Positions 1 through 12,507 of a DNA stretch of 55,735 bases are shown in pieces. The stretch's first letter is position 1. Every line of letters starts with the position of its first letter. A program made the translations under genes and the position numbers. The notes beneath the pieces are model-generated. The model was not told where the DNA came from and made no database searches. It saw only the letters and a program-made list of their open reading frames with translations. The DNA is from an uncultured Planctomycetales bacterium (GTDB lineage: Bacteria; Omnitrophota; Gorgyraeia; Gygaellales; Profunditerraquicolaceae), in assembly GCA_964582765.1 (NCBI GenBank), contig CAZOSW010000002.1, positions 15,041 through 70,775 of the forward strand, in the 5' to 3' direction.

Positions 1-72
1 CGCTGGATAAAATCTTTAAGGTGCTCAAATTATTCCTTGAAAAACAATGTATTTTAATATAGAATACCAAAC

Positions 73-999
73 ATGATTAGAAGGTACATTATTGGGATAG
101 ATTTAGGCGGCACAAATTTAAAATGCGCACTTCTTGACAGCAGTTTAAATATTAAAGCCAAAAACTCTTTTAGCACAAAGAGTTTCAACAATAAGCAAAA
201 ACTAATCCAGTGTATCGCCAATTCTATAAATAGTTTTATTTTAAGTCAGGGGTTAAGTAGGACTGCAATTTTAGGAGTAGGCATAGGCATGCCCGGACTG
301 ATAGATACCTTTAAAGGCATTGTGCATTTTCTGCCGAATATCCCGGGATGGAAAGAAGTAAACATTAAAAAAAATCTAGAGCATAAGACAAGCCTGCCAA
401 TTTTTATCGATAATGACGCTAAATTAATGTGTTTAGCGGAAAGTAAGGCGGGGGCAGCAGTAGGATATAGCAATGTTTTGTGCTTAACCTTAGGAACTGG
501 TGTTGGAGGAGGATTGATTATTAACAATTCCCTTTACCGTGGAAGCGATAACGCTGCCGGAGAGTTTGGCCATGTTCCGATTAATGAAAAAGGCCCGCTT
601 TGTGTTTGTGGCTCTGAAGCTTGCCTTGAAACTTATATTGGAAATAACGCAATTATTAAAAAAGCGGTTAAGGTTTTTGGCCCGGAAACTTCTCTTGAAG
701 GAATTAGTAATTTAGCTAAGGAAAATGAGCCTCGTGCCATAAAGTTCTGGAATGAAGTTGGAGAAAGGTTAGGTTTAGCTTTAAGCGGGGTCATAAATCT
801 GCTTAATCTCGATGCAGTTGTAATTGGGGGAGGTTTGTCCGGTGCAGGTAAATCATTATTTGAAAGCGTCAAGGCTACTATTCGAAAGCGCTCGATGAGT
901 ACCCAGGCAAAAAGAGTGAAGGTATTTAGGGCTAAATTAGGGGTTGATGCTGGCATAATCGGGGCAGGGTACCTGGTTAAAGAAAGGTTAAAGAAATGA
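73..999 (+). CDS. ROK-family glucokinase / sugar kinase
   Basis: 308-aa ORF with N-terminal ATPase motif IGIDLGGTNLK and ROK zinc-cysteine motif GHVPINEKGPLCVCGSEACLE. Confidence 0.85.
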   Translation: MIRRYIIGIDLGGTNLKCALLDSSLNIKAKNSFSTKSFNNKQKLIQCIANSINSFILSQGLSRTAILGVGIGMPGLIDTFKGIVHFLPNIPGWKEVNIKKNLEHKTSLPIFIDNDAKLMCLAESKAGAAVGYSNVLCLTLGTGVGGGLIINNSLYRGSDNAAGEFGHVPINEKGPLCVCGSEACLETYIGNNAIIKKAVKVFGPETSLEGISNLAKENEPRAIKFWNEVGERLGLALSGVINLLNLDAVVIGGGLSGAGKSLFESVKATIRKRSMSTQAKRVKVFRAKLGVDAGIIGAGYLVKERLKK

Positions 1000-1072
1000 A
1001 TCCCGTGTCTTCTATAAATTTAGCTACTAGAGCCATGCGATTTAATAAATTAAATAAGAAAGTGGGTTTGGG

Positions 1073-1732
1073 GTGAAGATTTTTATTGATACGGCAAGTA
1101 TTAAGGAAATAAAAGATGCTTCAGCTCTTGGCCTTATTGATGGAGTTACTACGAATCCTTCTCTAATGGCGAAAGAAGGGCGCAATCCCGAAGAGGTTTT
1201 AAAGGAGATATGTGATTTAATAAGCGGGCCGGTAAGCGCTGAAGTTATAAGCCTTGATGTTAAAGGAATGGTAGCGGAAGCGCGTCAGTTGGTTAAAATT
1301 GCCCAGAATATCGTTATCAAGGTCCCGCTTACCAAAGAAGGATTAAAGGCAGTAAAGATTTTATCCGCAGAAGGAATTAAAACCAATGTAACGCTTTGTT
1401 TCTCTGCAGCGCAGGCATTGTTGGTAGCCAAAACAGGGGCGACTTACGTTTCTCCTTTTATAGGCAGGCTTGATGATATTGCTCAAGAAGGAATGGATTT
1501 AATTAACGATATAAAAAAAATTTACTCAAATTACAATTTTAAGACACAGATAATTGTGGCTTCTGTACGCAATCCTATGCATGTAGTTAATGCTGCGCGA
1601 GTTGGAGCAGATATTGCTACGATTCCATTTTCAGTAATCGAGCAATTGATTAAACATCCGCTAACAGATAACGGTATAAAAAGGTTTTTAGAAGATTTTA
1701 AGAAAATCCCACAGGGAAAGAATGCCAAATAA
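1073..1732 (+). CDS. tal: Short-type transaldolase / fructose-6-phosphate aldolase family
   Basis: 219 aa with GTG start. MKIFIDTA...GVTTNPSL and the catalytic-Lys region IKVP are typical of the ~220-aa Tal/Fsa subfamily. Confidence 0.9.
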   Translation: MKIFIDTASIKEIKDASALGLIDGVTTNPSLMAKEGRNPEEVLKEICDLISGPVSAEVISLDVKGMVAEARQLVKIAQNIVIKVPLTKEGLKAVKILSAEGIKTNVTLCFSAAQALLVAKTGATYVSPFIGRLDDIAQEGMDLINDIKKIYSNYNFKTQIIVASVRNPMHVVNAARVGADIATIPFSVIEQLIKHPLTDNGIKRFLEDFKKIPQGKNAK

Positions 1733-3929
1733 ATTTTCAATCCTCACCAAATTTAGCTTACTAACATTTTTTTTAGTAATTAGTTTTGTTTTAAGCGGAA
1801 ATTTAATTTTTGCCGAGGAGATTAAGGAATCGCCGATAATTATTAACGGCGATAATGTTGAATACTCGACTGATAATAAGGAGGTTATTGCAACCGGTAA
1901 TATTAAAGTTACCTATAAGGGTTCGAAGCTAACCTGTAAAAAATTAAAAGTAAACATGCAGACAAAGGAAGGTGTTGCTGAGGGTAATGCGCGCCTTGAG
2001 GATCAAAAGGGAGTAGTTACCGGAGAAAAGATTGTATATGATTTTGCGAATAAGACTGGTGTGATTTATAGCGCTGATTTTCGTGCTAATCCGTATTTCG
2101 GAAAAGCAAAAAAAATGGAAAAGGTAAGCGATACCGAATTTATGGCTAAATCCGGTTATTTTACTACTTGCAGCATGGACCATCCTCATTATCGTTTTGC
2201 TGCAAAGAAAATAAATATGTTCCCCGGAGATAAAATGCAGGCACAAAGAGCCACCCTTTATCTGGGCGCTATCCCGCTTCTTTACATTCCTCGTTTTAAT
2301 TATTCGATGAAAGAGCCGATTATGCATGTCCAGGTTGAGCCAGGGAAAAGCAAAGAATGGGGTTTGTACCTCTTAAGTATCTGGCGGATGAACCTTACGG
2401 ATCATCTAAGCGGTAGGGCTTTTCTAGATTATCGTAGTAAATTAGGCTGGGCAGAAGGTTTTGGGCTTAATTATACGGATTCGGGATTTGGAAAGGGCGA
2501 TTTCAAATATTATTTTACTAGGGAAAAACAGCAGTTTAAGCAGTTTATAAGCGGAGAATCATTAAACTCTACCCGTTATTTTTTACGTTGGCGTCACAAG
2601 TGGGATATTGATCTGCGTACAAATTTTAGTTCTGAGTTTTATAAAATTACAGACCAGAGAAGGAAGAAAGAGCTGGACCATAGTATTCTAAAAGATTATT
2701 TTTTCCGCGAGTATGAAAGAGATAGCCAGCCGTTAAGTTACGGCCTGCTCCATCATGCTTTTAATTATTCTAGTCTTGATATTCTTCTGCAGATGCGCAC
2801 TAACCATTGGTTTGACCAGATTCAAAAGATGCCGGAAGTAAATTATAATTTGCCAAGTTTAGAGCTTGGGCAAAGTCAATTTTATTTTGAAAATATCAGC
2901 CAATTGGGAAATTATGATAAAAAGGGTTCGATGATGTCCCCTGTAGTTGAAGATGCTGTTACGGTGATGCGGTTGGATACTAAGAATACGTTGTCACGCC
3001 CGATGAAGGTTTCTTTCATAAGTTTTAAGCCATTTCTTTCAAGCCGCCAGACACTCTATGATAAAGGCGCAAACGGCCAAACTGGAATCGTACGCACAAT
3101 TTTTTACAGCGGCGCAGATTTAAGTACTAAGTTTTACCGTATTTTTAATGTAAAAACTAATTTTCTAAATCTTGATATTAATGAGCTTAGGCATATTATT
3201 ACTCCCAGCATCGGATATTTATATACCCACCCGGCTACAATCCCTATTAGGAATATAAAGCAGATTGATACCGTTGATTCTATAAATAGGGGGAATACAG
3301 CATCGTTAAGCCTTTCTAATAAATTGCAAACTAAGCGTAACGGGCAAAGCATAGATTTTCTAGATTTCTTAGTAACTGCCGATTATGTAATCGACCCTAA
3401 GACCGGCGATAATGCCATTTTAAATAATACCGGCAAGAAGTTGACTGGCCAGCTTGCGGATATCCTGTTTAAATTAAAGATATTACCTTATTCTTGGGTG
3501 CATTTTGAAAGCGATGTTACATATGAACATTCGGATCACGATAACGTCAACTATAATAAGTTTTCTTTGGTTAACTATGATTTAAGCTTTGACTTAGGCC
3601 GCGAGCGTACATTTTCAATCGGCCAGCGTTATGAAAGAAAGGGAAAGAATGAAATTACTTTTGGTTTTGATTGGCGCCTAAACTCTAAATGGAAGTTCGG
3701 AATTTATCAGCGCTATAACCTAAAGAAGACAGATACGATTATGGCTGGCTCGCAGGAGCAGCAGCTTACTTTAACTAGAGACCTTCATTGTTGGGAAATG
3801 GAAATCAGCATAGACAAAACAAAGAATGTCGGCTCGAGTATATATGTTACCTTCAGGCTTAAAGCATTTCCTGAAAATGAATTCGGATTTGATCAAACAA
3901 CGGGCAGAAAGAAATCCGGAGCGCAGTAA
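1722..3929 (+). CDS. lptD: LPS-assembly outer membrane protein LptD (OstA family)
   Basis: 735 aa. Signal peptide [19 protein letters not shown], an OstA-like N-terminal region, then a long aromatic-rich region consistent with a beta-barrel. Overlaps the tal stop by 11 nt. Confidence 0.7.
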   Translation: MPNKFSILTKFSLLTFFLVISFVLSGNLIFAEEIKESPIIINGDNVEYSTDNKEVIATGNIKVTYKGSKLTCKKLKVNMQTKEGVAEGNARLEDQKGVVTGEKIVYDFANKTGVIYSADFRANPYFGKAKKMEKVSDTEFMAKSGYFTTCSMDHPHYRFAAKKINMFPGDKMQAQRATLYLGAIPLLYIPRFNYSMKEPIMHVQVEPGKSKEWGLYLLSIWRMNLTDHLSGRAFLDYRSKLGWAEGFGLNYTDSGFGKGDFKYYFTREKQQFKQFISGESLNSTRYFLRWRHKWDIDLRTNFSSEFYKITDQRRKKELDHSILKDYFFREYERDSQPLSYGLLHHAFNYSSLDILLQMRTNHWFDQIQKMPEVNYNLPSLELGQSQFYFENISQLGNYDKKGSMMSPVVEDAVTVMRLDTKNTLSRPMKVSFISFKPFLSSRQTLYDKGANGQTGIVRTIFYSGADLSTKFYRIFNVKTNFLNLDINELRHIITPSIGYLYTHPATIPIRNIKQIDTVDSINRGNTASLSLSNKLQTKRNGQSIDFLDFLVTADYVIDPKTGDNAILNNTGKKLTGQLADILFKLKILPYSWVHFESDVTYEHSDHDNVNYNKFSLVNYDLSFDLGRERTFSIGQRYERKGKNEITFGFDWRLNSKWKFGIYQRYNLKKTDTIMAGSQEQQLTLTRDLHCWEMEISIDKTKNVGSSIYVTFRLKAFPENEFGFDQTTGRKKSGAQ

Positions 3930-3960
3930 TATAGTAAAAATCACCTAGAGGCAAGAATAA

Positions 3961-5259
3961 ATGAATATTTCTATCATAGGTTCAGGTTATGTAGGATTAG
4001 TCAGCGGCGCTTGTTTTGCTGAGCTGGGAAATCATGTGATCTGCGCTGACAATGATACAAAAAAAATAAGCGGCCTGAAAAAAGGAATCGTCCCTATTTA
4101 TGAACCCGGACTAGAGGAACTGATTGTCAGTAACCTTAAAAATAAACGCCTTAAATTTACCTCAAGTATTAAATATGCGGTAAAGTCAAGCGAGATAATT
4201 TTTATTGCCGTAGGCACTCCTGCCCTTGAAAATGGTGATGCCGATTTAACCGGAGTAGAAGATGTTGCTAGGCTAATTGCGGAAAATATGGATGGCTATC
4301 GGCTGATTGTTGAGAAATCTACGGTACCGGTTGAAACCTGTGCATGGATTAAAAAAACCGTTTCTATTTATAATAAAAATAAGCATAAATTTGATGTGGT
4401 TTCTAATCCGGAGTTTTTGCGGGAAGGTTCGGCAATAAATGATTTTACCCATCCTGACCGGATTGTAATAGGAGTTGAAAGCCAAAAGGCAAGGCAGATA
4501 ATGGTGCAATTATATCAGCCTCTAAACCGGCCAATTCTGGTTACTAATATAAAATCAGCAGAATTAATCAAGCATGCTTCCAATGCCTTCTTAGCCACTA
4601 AAATTTCGTTTATTAATGCCTTATCGCGCATTTGCGATAAGGCTGGCGCGGATGTAAAAGAAGTGGCTCAGGGAATGGGCTTAGACAATCGTATTGGCCG
4701 TTATTTTCTGCATGCAGGCATTGGCTATGGCGGTTCCTGCTTTCCTAAAGACTTAAATGCTTTTATAACTATTGCTCAGAAGTTGGGATATGATTTTAAA
4801 ATGCTCAAAGCGGTCAGGGATACAAACGAAGAGCAGAAGGAATTTGTTTTACAAAAAATTAAAGAGGCACTTTGGATTATAAAAGATAAAACCATTGCTG
4901 TTTTAGGGCTTGCTTTTAAACCCAATACTGATGATTTAAGAAATTCACCTAGCATTGATTTAATTGATGATTTAATAGGTGAAGGCGCTAAAATTAGAGT
5001 ATATGACCCTAAAGCAATGGATAAGGCTAAAGATATCTTAAAAAATGCAACTTTTTGCAAGGATTCATATCAGGCAGCTAAAGGGGCTGATTGCCTTATT
5101 GTTGCCACCGAATGGAATGAATTTAAGGAGCTTGATTTTTTAAAATTAAAAAATATACTGCGGCGTGCCCTTATAGTTGACGGAAGGAATATTTACGAAC
5201 CTAAATATCTTAAAAAAATAGGTTTTACTTATATAGGGGTAGGGTATGGCAAAGAATAA
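3961..5259 (+). CDS. ugd: UDP-glucose 6-dehydrogenase
   Basis: 432 aa with Rossmann motif IIGSGYVGLV and catalytic-Cys region GYGGSCFPKD. Length and architecture fit UDPG dehydrogenase. Confidence 0.9.
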   Translation: MNISIIGSGYVGLVSGACFAELGNHVICADNDTKKISGLKKGIVPIYEPGLEELIVSNLKNKRLKFTSSIKYAVKSSEIIFIAVGTPALENGDADLTGVEDVARLIAENMDGYRLIVEKSTVPVETCAWIKKTVSIYNKNKHKFDVVSNPEFLREGSAINDFTHPDRIVIGVESQKARQIMVQLYQPLNRPILVTNIKSAELIKHASNAFLATKISFINALSRICDKAGADVKEVAQGMGLDNRIGRYFLHAGIGYGGSCFPKDLNAFITIAQKLGYDFKMLKAVRDTNEEQKEFVLQKIKEALWIIKDKTIAVLGLAFKPNTDDLRNSPSIDLIDDLIGEGAKIRVYDPKAMDKAKDILKNATFCKDSYQAAKGADCLIVATEWNEFKELDFLKLKNILRRALIVDGRNIYEPKYLKKIGFTYIGVGYGKE

Positions 5260-6562
5260 AATATTAGCGGATATACGCGGGAAAATAAAAAATAAAAAAG
5301 TAAAAATTGCCGTTATAGGTTTAGGGTATGTGGGTTTTCCGTTAGCATTAGAATTTGTTAAAAAAGGCATTAAAGTGATTGGTATTGAGATAGACCAAGG
5401 CCGCCTTAAATCTATTGCGAGCAGGATATCCTATATTAGCGATATTACTAATGACGAGTTAAAAAAGGCATTAACTTGCGGAAATTTTAAGGCTAGCGGA
5501 AATTTTACAGATATTAAAGATGCCGATGCTGTTTTAATTTGTGTTCCTACGCCGCTCAAAGGTAAATATCTCCCAGACATCTCTTTTATAAAGAATGCCG
5601 TAGAAGAGGTGGCTATTCATACAAAAAACATGGCGTTAGTAGTTTTAGAAAGCACTACTTATCCGGGTACTACAGAAGAAGAGATTCTGCCGATCTTTGA
5701 AAAGCGCGGTTTTAAACACGGAAAAGATTTCTTTCTTTGTTTTTCACCTGAAAGGATTGATCCGGGTAATAAGAAATTTCCTGTTCAAAAGATCCCCAAG
5801 GTTGTAGGTGGCTTTAGCCCGTTAGCCACTAAATTGGCTATGGAGGTCTATCATATTATTATTAAACAGGTTATTCCGGTATCGAGCGCCCGTGCTGCTG
5901 AAACAGTAAAACTTCTAGAAAATACTTTTCGTCTGATTAACATCGGATTAATCGATGAGTTGTCTATGATGGCCCATGAGATGAACATTGATATCTGGGA
6001 GGTAATTCAGGCTGCCTCGACCAAACCATTTGGATTTATGCCTTTTTATCCCGGCCCCGGAGTTGGAGGGCATTGTATCCCTAAGGATCCTTTATATTTG
6101 CATTGGAAGGCAAAAAGCTTTGGTTTTCATTCGCGGTTTATTAAATTAGCTTCAGATCTTATAAATTATATGCCAGAATACGTTGTAACAAGGGTTAATC
6201 ATGCTTTACTCGCGCGTAATTGTAAGCTTAAAGGAGCAAGAATATTAGTTATTGGGGCAACTTATAAAAAAGACATTAAGGATTTGCGTAAATCTCCAAG
6301 CATTGATGTAATTAACAGTTTAAAGAAGCAAGGGGCAAGAGTTGCATATTCAGATTCGATCATTCCATTTTTAAGGATAAGAGGATTAGATTTGGAATCA
6401 GTCCGGTTGACTGATAAGAATATTAAAAAATTTGACTGCGTGGTAATTGCGACAGACCACTCCAGGGTAAACTATACCAGATTATTAGAAAACGCTAAAT
6501 TAATTTTTGATACAAGGAATGTTTATAAGGGAAAACATAAAGAAAAAGTAGAAAGATTATGA
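5246..6562 (+). CDS. Nucleotide-sugar dehydrogenase (UDP-GlcNAc / UDP-ManNAc 6-dehydrogenase family)
   Basis: 438 aa with [12 protein letters not shown] Rossmann motif and [11 protein letters not shown] catalytic-Cys motif. Substrate cannot be assigned from sequence by eye. Confidence 0.8.
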   Translation: MAKNKILADIRGKIKNKKVKIAVIGLGYVGFPLALEFVKKGIKVIGIEIDQGRLKSIASRISYISDITNDELKKALTCGNFKASGNFTDIKDADAVLICVPTPLKGKYLPDISFIKNAVEEVAIHTKNMALVVLESTTYPGTTEEEILPIFEKRGFKHGKDFFLCFSPERIDPGNKKFPVQKIPKVVGGFSPLATKLAMEVYHIIIKQVIPVSSARAAETVKLLENTFRLINIGLIDELSMMAHEMNIDIWEVIQAASTKPFGFMPFYPGPGVGGHCIPKDPLYLHWKAKSFGFHSRFIKLASDLINYMPEYVVTRVNHALLARNCKLKGARILVIGATYKKDIKDLRKSPSIDVINSLKKQGARVAYSDSIIPFLRIRGLDLESVRLTDKNIKKFDCVVIATDHSRVNYTRLLENAKLIFDTRNVYKGKHKEKVERL

Positions 6563-7497
6563 TACGGAATAAGGGAAGAGTCCTAATTACCGGTGGAGCA
6601 GGTTTTATTGGTTCGCATTTATGCGAGAAGCTGCTTTGCGAAAATTATTCGGTAATATGCCTTGATAATTTTATCACTGGTTGCTTAGGAAATATTAAAT
6701 CATTCTTGAATAATAAGAATTTTCGTTTAGAAGTTTGTAATGTTTCAAATTATATTGATATCCCGGGTAAAATAGATTATGTCTTGCATTGTGCTTCACT
6801 GGCTTCCCCGAATGATTATTTAGATTTTCCGATACAAACATTAAAGGTTGGTTCTTTGGGTACGCATAATGCCTTAGGATTAGCTAAACAGAAGAAGGCT
6901 GTTTTTATTCTTTTTTCAACTTCTGAAGTTTATGGGGATCCTTTGGACCACCCGCAAAAAGAAACTTACTGGGGGCATGTTAATCCTGTCGGCGTGCGAG
7001 GCTGTTACGATGAATCCAAGCGCTTTGCCGAAGCTATCACTATGGCATATCATCGTGTGCATAAATTAGACACAAAAATCGTACGTATTTTTAATACATA
7101 TGGTCCTAAGATGCGCCATAATGATGGTAGGGTGGTTCCTAATTTCATTGATAATGCTTTAAAAAATAAACCATTAATGGTCTATGGGAAAGGCCTGCAG
7201 ACCAGGAGTTTTTGCTATATAGATGATCTAATCGATGGGTTATTGCGGTTGATGCTGATCCGGGAAAATGAACCGGTGAATTTAGGTAATCCTGATGAGT
7301 CTACTATTATGCAGTTAGTAGGATTAATTTTAAAATTAACTGGTTCTAAAAGCAAGATACTATTTAAGAAATTACCCCAAGACGATCCGCAGAAACGTCG
7401 ACCTGATATTACAAAAGCTAGGAAAATTCTTGATTGGAAGCCAAAAGTACCATTAAACGAAGGCCTCAGGCGGACCATTTCTTGGTTTAAGGGCTAA
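6559..7497 (+). CDS. uxs: UDP-glucuronate decarboxylase (UDP-xylose synthase), extended SDR
   Basis: 312 aa with [13 protein letters not shown] motif and YDESK catalytic motif. Located next to ugd. Confidence 0.85.
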   Translation: MIRNKGRVLITGGAGFIGSHLCEKLLCENYSVICLDNFITGCLGNIKSFLNNKNFRLEVCNVSNYIDIPGKIDYVLHCASLASPNDYLDFPIQTLKVGSLGTHNALGLAKQKKAVFILFSTSEVYGDPLDHPQKETYWGHVNPVGVRGCYDESKRFAEAITMAYHRVHKLDTKIVRIFNTYGPKMRHNDGRVVPNFIDNALKNKPLMVYGKGLQTRSFCYIDDLIDGLLRLMLIRENEPVNLGNPDESTIMQLVGLILKLTGSKSKILFKKLPQDDPQKRRPDITKARKILDWKPKVPLNEGLRRTISWFKG

Positions 7498-7527
7498 ATT
7501 ACCCCATTTTTAAGATTGAGGGTAGGG

Positions 7528-7555
7528 TTGACAATCTTCGCCTATATGTTATACT
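7528..7555 (+). promoter_or_regulatory. Sigma-70-type promoter upstream of cvpA
   Basis: TTGACA (7528-7533), 16-nt spacer, TG-n-TATACT extended -10 (7547-7555), in a 124-nt intergenic gap. Confidence 0.6.
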
Positions 7556-7621
7556 TTTTGATAAACCAAAATAACTTAATTAAGGTAATTCTACTGCCAA
7601 AAGACATTTGGGAGGGTAAAA

Positions 7622-8203
7622 ATGATTCTTGATATTTTTAATCAAACTAATTTTATCGATATTATTATTGTAATTATTTTATTCAGAATATGTTACATTG
7701 CTGCTAAAATGGGTTTAGCCATTGAATTTTTTAAATTTTTAGGAGTAATATTTGCAACGTATGTTTCTTTGCATTATTATACTAAGGTATCGGATATTAT
7801 TCAGCGGAGTTTACTCCCAAAAGGAATGCCGTTGGAGTTTGCTGATTTTGTAATTTTCCTTGTTTTAGCCCAAGTCATTTATCTGGGGTTTGTTGTTATA
7901 CGCAACATTTTTTGTCATTTTATAAAATTAGAAGCTGTTCCTGAAATTAGTAAATTCGGGGGACTTCTTTTGGGGCTAATAAGAGGTTTTCTTGTTGTAG
8001 GGCTATTGGTTTATACGTTAAGTATTTCGAGTATAAATTATCTAACTAATTCCGTAAAAAATTCGTATCTAGGGAGCAGGGCGTTTTTAATCTCACCGAA
8101 TACTTACAGTTGGTTGTGGAATAATATTTTTTCTAAATTCTCTGCTACAGAAAAGTTAAATTCTACTGTAACCGAAGTAATAGATAGGTTTAATTCCAAA
8201 TGA
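7622..8203 (+). CDS. cvpA: CvpA-family integral membrane protein
   Basis: 193 aa with several hydrophobic helices. N-terminal pattern resembles the colicin V production protein family. Confidence 0.6.
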   Translation: MILDIFNQTNFIDIIIVIILFRICYIAAKMGLAIEFFKFLGVIFATYVSLHYYTKVSDIIQRSLLPKGMPLEFADFVIFLVLAQVIYLGFVVIRNIFCHFIKLEAVPEISKFGGLLLGLIRGFLVVGLLVYTLSISSINYLTNSVKNSYLGSRAFLISPNTYSWLWNNIFSKFSATEKLNSTVTEVIDRFNSK

Positions 8204-9078
8204 AATTAATTAATTTCTATAATCAGGTACTTTATTTTGGCCGCAGGGCTGATCCTCGGAAAAATAAATCGAAAATAAAAAATTTTACTGATTCGGCGAT
8301 TCTTTTTGGTAGTCCGAATACAGAAGTGAAGAAAATAATGGTGGGAATTGATATTGAAGTTGCTGAGCTTCTTCTCGCTGACCGAATCCGCCAGCAAGAA
8401 GGCCTCGATTTAGTAATTGCACATCATCCTGAAGGAAAGGCTTATGTAGGCTTAGCAGAAGTAATGCGGTTGCAGATTAATTTGTTAACTAATATGGGGG
8501 TTGCCCAAAAAACGGCTACTAGGCTTATTGAAGAAAGGATGCAAGAGGTAGAACGCAGGGTGTTACCGCAAAACCATACCCGGCCGGTTGACGCAGCACG
8601 CTTATTGAACATTCCTTTTATGAATATGCATACGCCGGCGGATAATCATGTTTATAGTTATTTAAACGCTATTTTTAAACAAGAAAAACCCAGTTTGCTT
8701 GAAGATATCCTTAAAATATTAAATACTATACCTGAGTATCAAATTGCCACTAAATTTAATGCAGGACCGCGTATAATTTTAGGGTCGCCTAGAAGGGGAG
8801 TAGGAAAGATTTTGCTGGAAATGACTGGCGGCACAGAAGGCTCAAAAGATGTTTTTAATAAATTATACAATGCAGGAGTAAGGACCCTGGTTTCCATGCA
8901 TTTAAGCGAAGAACATCTTAAGAAAGTAAAAGATGCTAATCTTAATGTCGTTATCGCAGGCCATGTCTCATCAGATACTTTAGGTTTAAACCTGCTTTTG
9001 GATAATATAGAAAAATTTTCAAAAGAGAACTTTGATGTGGTTGCCTGTTCTGGGTTTACTAGAATTAAAAGAAAATAA
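8200..9078 (+). CDS. NIF3-like (DUF34) dinuclear metal-centre protein, divergent
   Basis: 292 aa with metal-ligand-like motifs VIAHHPE, MHTPAD and AGHVSSD in the NIF3 order. Assignment is tentative. Confidence 0.5.
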   Translation: MKLINFYNQVLYFGRRADPRKNKSKIKNFTDSAILFGSPNTEVKKIMVGIDIEVAELLLADRIRQQEGLDLVIAHHPEGKAYVGLAEVMRLQINLLTNMGVAQKTATRLIEERMQEVERRVLPQNHTRPVDAARLLNIPFMNMHTPADNHVYSYLNAIFKQEKPSLLEDILKILNTIPEYQIATKFNAGPRIILGSPRRGVGKILLEMTGGTEGSKDVFNKLYNAGVRTLVSMHLSEEHLKKVKDANLNVVIAGHVSSDTLGLNLLLDNIEKFSKENFDVVACSGFTRIKRK

Positions 9079-9080
9079 AA

Positions 9081-10847
9081 ATGGCTGGAAGGATACCTGA
9101 AAATTTATTGGAAGATATTTTGAGCCGCTTGGATATAGTCGAGGTTATTTCCAGCTATATACCGCTTAAGAAAGCCGGCCGAAACTTTAAGGCTAATTGC
9201 CCATTCCACCATGAGAAGACCGCATCCTTCATGGTTTCTCCTGAGCGCCAGATTTACCATTGTTTTGGCTGCGGTGAATCAGGCAATGCCTTTAAATTCC
9301 TCATGCGCCAAGAGAGAATGGAATTTCCTGAGGCAGTAGAGACATTGGCTAAAAAAACCGGAGTTATTTTACCGCAGCAGGATAAACCCGAGGCAGCAAA
9401 AGCTGCTAGTGTTAGCAGCCAAATATATAAAATTAATGAATTGGCAGTAAGTTTCTATGAGAATAACTTACTGGCTGCCAGCGCACAATCCAGCCGGGAG
9501 TATCTGCTAAAAAGAGGGATTAAGCTCCAGACGATAAAAGAATTTCATTTAGGCCTGGCAACTTCTGGTTGGGATAGCCTGATTAATTTCTTAAGGAGCA
9601 AGAATATCCCTCTTTCGCTTATGGAGATTGCAGGCTTAGTTCTGACTAAAGACGCAGGCGGCTATTATGACCGCTTCCGCAATCGTATCATTTTTCCGAT
9701 TTTTGATATTCGCGGCCGCATAATTGGATTTGGCGCCCGGGTATTGGATAATGCTTTACCTAAATATATTAATTCACCTGAGACTCCAGTTTACACAAAA
9801 GGAAAAAATCTTTTCGGCCTTAATTTATCCAAAGATTCTATACAGGATTCTGACTGTGCGGTAATTGTTGAAGGTTATCTTGATTTTATGATTCCTTATC
9901 AGGAAGGTATAAAAAATATTGTTGCTTCCCAGGGCACCGCGCTTACTATAGAACAAATTAAATTATTTAAACGCTATACTCATAATGTAGTAATGATCTT
10001 TGACGGGGATACGGCAGGAGAGATAGCTACCTTAAGAAGCCTAGATATTCTTATTGATGAAGGTATAAACGTAAAGATTGTCCCGCTTCCAAAAGGTATG
10101 GATCCCGATGTTTTAGTTAGGCAGCAAGGGGTCTTAAGCCTTAAGGCTAAGATTGAACAGGCCATCAGTTTTTTTGATTATAAGCTTGACCTTTTAAAGA
10201 GCCGTTATGACATAAACGATATTCACGGGAAAAGCAAGATTGCTTCTGAAATGCTTATTACTATTAATAAATTTGACAACGCTATTCTTAGAAGCGAATA
10301 TACCAAGAGGCTGTCTGAAGAGATTAAAGTACCCCAAAATCATATTTTAGAGGAGTTAAATAAATTAAAGCCTACTTTGAGTAAGCATGAAGTCAATCAT
10401 ACGGTTTTACAGAAAAGGCAACCCGAAATTAATCCGGCTGAAAAGCTTTTAATTAAATTTATGCTTGAGGAAAAAGGTCTTATTGAGAAAATCATGCAGG
10501 AGCTTACGCCTTCAGATTTTCAGGATAACCGTACCGCAAAAATTGTTTCAGTAATGCAGGATCTTGTTTTACGGGGTAAAAATATCCAGCCCAGCTTGCT
10601 GATGAATTATTTTAACGAAGATGATGCAAGCCAACTAGTCAGTGAAACTATGTTCATGCCGGAGTTAGACAATCAGGAAAGGGAAAAAGCCCTTAGCGAT
10701 TGTATTACGCGTATTAAGGTAAATAGATTAAAATCAAAGCGGGAATATTTACATGTGCAGATAAAAAACGCTCAATGTCTTGGCGATGAGCAAAAATTGA
10801 GTAGTCTTATTCAAGAATTTCATAATCTTATAAAGAAAGGCGATTAG
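9081..10847 (+). CDS. dnaG: DNA primase
   Basis: 588 aa with zinc finger [26 protein letters not shown] and TOPRIM EGYLDF...FDGDTAG. Confidence 0.95.
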   Translation: MAGRIPENLLEDILSRLDIVEVISSYIPLKKAGRNFKANCPFHHEKTASFMVSPERQIYHCFGCGESGNAFKFLMRQERMEFPEAVETLAKKTGVILPQQDKPEAAKAASVSSQIYKINELAVSFYENNLLAASAQSSREYLLKRGIKLQTIKEFHLGLATSGWDSLINFLRSKNIPLSLMEIAGLVLTKDAGGYYDRFRNRIIFPIFDIRGRIIGFGARVLDNALPKYINSPETPVYTKGKNLFGLNLSKDSIQDSDCAVIVEGYLDFMIPYQEGIKNIVASQGTALTIEQIKLFKRYTHNVVMIFDGDTAGEIATLRSLDILIDEGINVKIVPLPKGMDPDVLVRQQGVLSLKAKIEQAISFFDYKLDLLKSRYDINDIHGKSKIASEMLITINKFDNAILRSEYTKRLSEEIKVPQNHILEELNKLKPTLSKHEVNHTVLQKRQPEINPAEKLLIKFMLEEKGLIEKIMQELTPSDFQDNRTAKIVSVMQDLVLRGKNIQPSLLMNYFNEDDASQLVSETMFMPELDNQEREKALSDCITRIKVNRLKSKREYLHVQIKNAQCLGDEQKLSSLIQEFHNLIKKGD

Positions 10848-10848
10848 C

Positions 10849-12405
10849 ATGAAGAGGAAAGAGCAGCAGCCAACTAAAGACATGGAGAAGTTAATTGCCC
10901 TTGGAAAACAAAAAGGGTTTTTAACTTATGATGAAGTAAATGATCTTTTGCCTGAAGACCTTTCAAGCACGGTGGCAATCGACCACCTTTTTGAATTATT
11001 AGGCAATGAAGATATACAGGTAGTTGAAGGCGAGGAAAACGCTGGATTATCTGCAAATAGAGTTCAAACGGATAAACAAAATTTAGTTACGCAGCGTGAA
11101 GAATTACTTGTTGAGCAGTTAAAAAGTGAAGAGCGTTTTATGCCATTGGATGATCCGGTAAAGATGTATCTTAAGCAGATGGGTTCAATTTCTCTCTTGA
11201 GCCGTGAAAACGAGATTGAGCTAGCTAAAAAAATCGAGGATGCAGAAGATAAATTTAAGCGTTCAGTACTGGTAACTAAATTTTCCAGAAATGAAGTTTT
11301 AATTGTTGCCAATAATATTCTGGAAGATAAAATTAACATGGAGGAGGTAGTTAAGGAGGATATTAGGATAAAGAAAAGTAGCGCCCTCGGCAGGTTTAAG
11401 CGCCTCTTGATAAAGATTAAGCAAACGCGCAGCGATAACAAAGCTATTAATTTAATATTACAACTTAATTTTACTACTTCCGTAATTGAAGCAGCGGTAC
11501 GTAGATTGAGCCTTTTACTTCGTGAACTTGATTATATGAAACGCTCCGGGAAGAGTAATTACGCACGCCGACGTCAGATACTAAAGGAAATCGCTGAACC
11601 CTATATTAAAATTAAGGAGCAGATGAAATTAATTAAATCTGCACATCTTAAGTTTAACCGCACAAAGAAAAAGTTAGTTGAAGCAAATTTGCGCCTTGTA
11701 GTCAGTATTGCTAAAAAATACACTAATCGCGGGTTATCTTTTCTCGATTTAATTCAAGAGGGCAACATCGGTTTAATGCGCGCTGTTGAGAAATTTGAAT
11801 ATAAAAGGGGTTATAAATTTTCTACTTATGCTACCTGGTGGATTCGTCAGGCAATAACCCGCTCTATTGCTGATCAGGCGCGCACCATAAGGATACCCGT
11901 GCATATGACCGAAACTATTAATAAAATAATCCGTTTTTCAAGGGTGTTTGTCCAGAAAAACGGCCGGGAGCCTACTCCTGAGGAGATTGCGTACAAGATG
12001 CGTTTTCCGCAGGGTAAAATAAAATCTATACTAAAGATTGCCCAGGAACCCATTTCTTTACAGATGCCCATAGGTGATGAGGGGGATACGCATTTTGGGG
12101 ATTTTATCCAGGATAAAAAAGCGGTTTCTCCGGCAAATGAAACCGTACGTTTAATGTTAAAAGAAGAAATGAATTCTGCTTTAAGTACATTAACAGAAAG
12201 GGAGAAAAAGATCTTGGTTTTGCGTTTTGGCATCCTTGACGGTTCCGCACGCACCTTAGAAGAGGTAGGCAATGTTTTTAAGGTTACCCGTGAGAGAGTC
12301 AGGCAGATTGAAGCTAAAGCCTTAAAAAAGCTTAGGCATCCGTCACGTTCGCGTAGATTACGCACCTTTATGGACATGACACTGGCGCACCAAAGAGAAT
12401 ATTAA
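10849..12405 (+). CDS. rpoD: Primary RNA polymerase sigma factor
   Basis: 518 aa with region 2 [17 protein letters not shown] and region 4 [30 protein letters not shown]. Shows dnaG-rpoD synteny. Confidence 0.95.
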   Translation: MKRKEQQPTKDMEKLIALGKQKGFLTYDEVNDLLPEDLSSTVAIDHLFELLGNEDIQVVEGEENAGLSANRVQTDKQNLVTQREELLVEQLKSEERFMPLDDPVKMYLKQMGSISLLSRENEIELAKKIEDAEDKFKRSVLVTKFSRNEVLIVANNILEDKINMEEVVKEDIRIKKSSALGRFKRLLIKIKQTRSDNKAINLILQLNFTTSVIEAAVRRLSLLLRELDYMKRSGKSNYARRRQILKEIAEPYIKIKEQMKLIKSAHLKFNRTKKKLVEANLRLVVSIAKKYTNRGLSFLDLIQEGNIGLMRAVEKFEYKRGYKFSTYATWWIRQAITRSIADQARTIRIPVHMTETINKIIRFSRVFVQKNGREPTPEEIAYKMRFPQGKIKSILKIAQEPISLQMPIGDEGDTHFGDFIQDKKAVSPANETVRLMLKEEMNSALSTLTEREKKILVLRFGILDGSARTLEEVGNVFKVTRERVRQIEAKALKKLRHPSRSRRLRTFMDMTLAHQREY

Positions 12406-12460
12406 ATTTTACACAGCCAAAGGCGTTTATAATGATTTGTTTAGCAGGTAAACCACAAAA

Positions 12461-12504
12461 AGGCAGCCTCTTTTTAGAAAAGAGAAGCTGCCTTTTTTAT
12501 TTTT
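12461..12504 (+). terminator. Rho-independent terminator after rpoD
   Basis: aggcagc-ctctttt / aaaagag-(aa)-gctgcct hairpin, 14 bp with a 2-nt bulge, followed by a T-run at 12493-12498. Confidence 0.7.
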
Positions 12505-12507
12505 AAA

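Noticed and set aside
11874-12377. Minus-strand 167-aa ORF. The same reasoning applies to 45555..46010, 51863..52327, 36502..36879, 23263..23646, 23680..24042, 1944..2327, 48797..49210 and the other short antisense ORFs.
   Set aside because: All are antisense to strongly supported conserved genes and have low-complexity translations typical of shadow ORFs.
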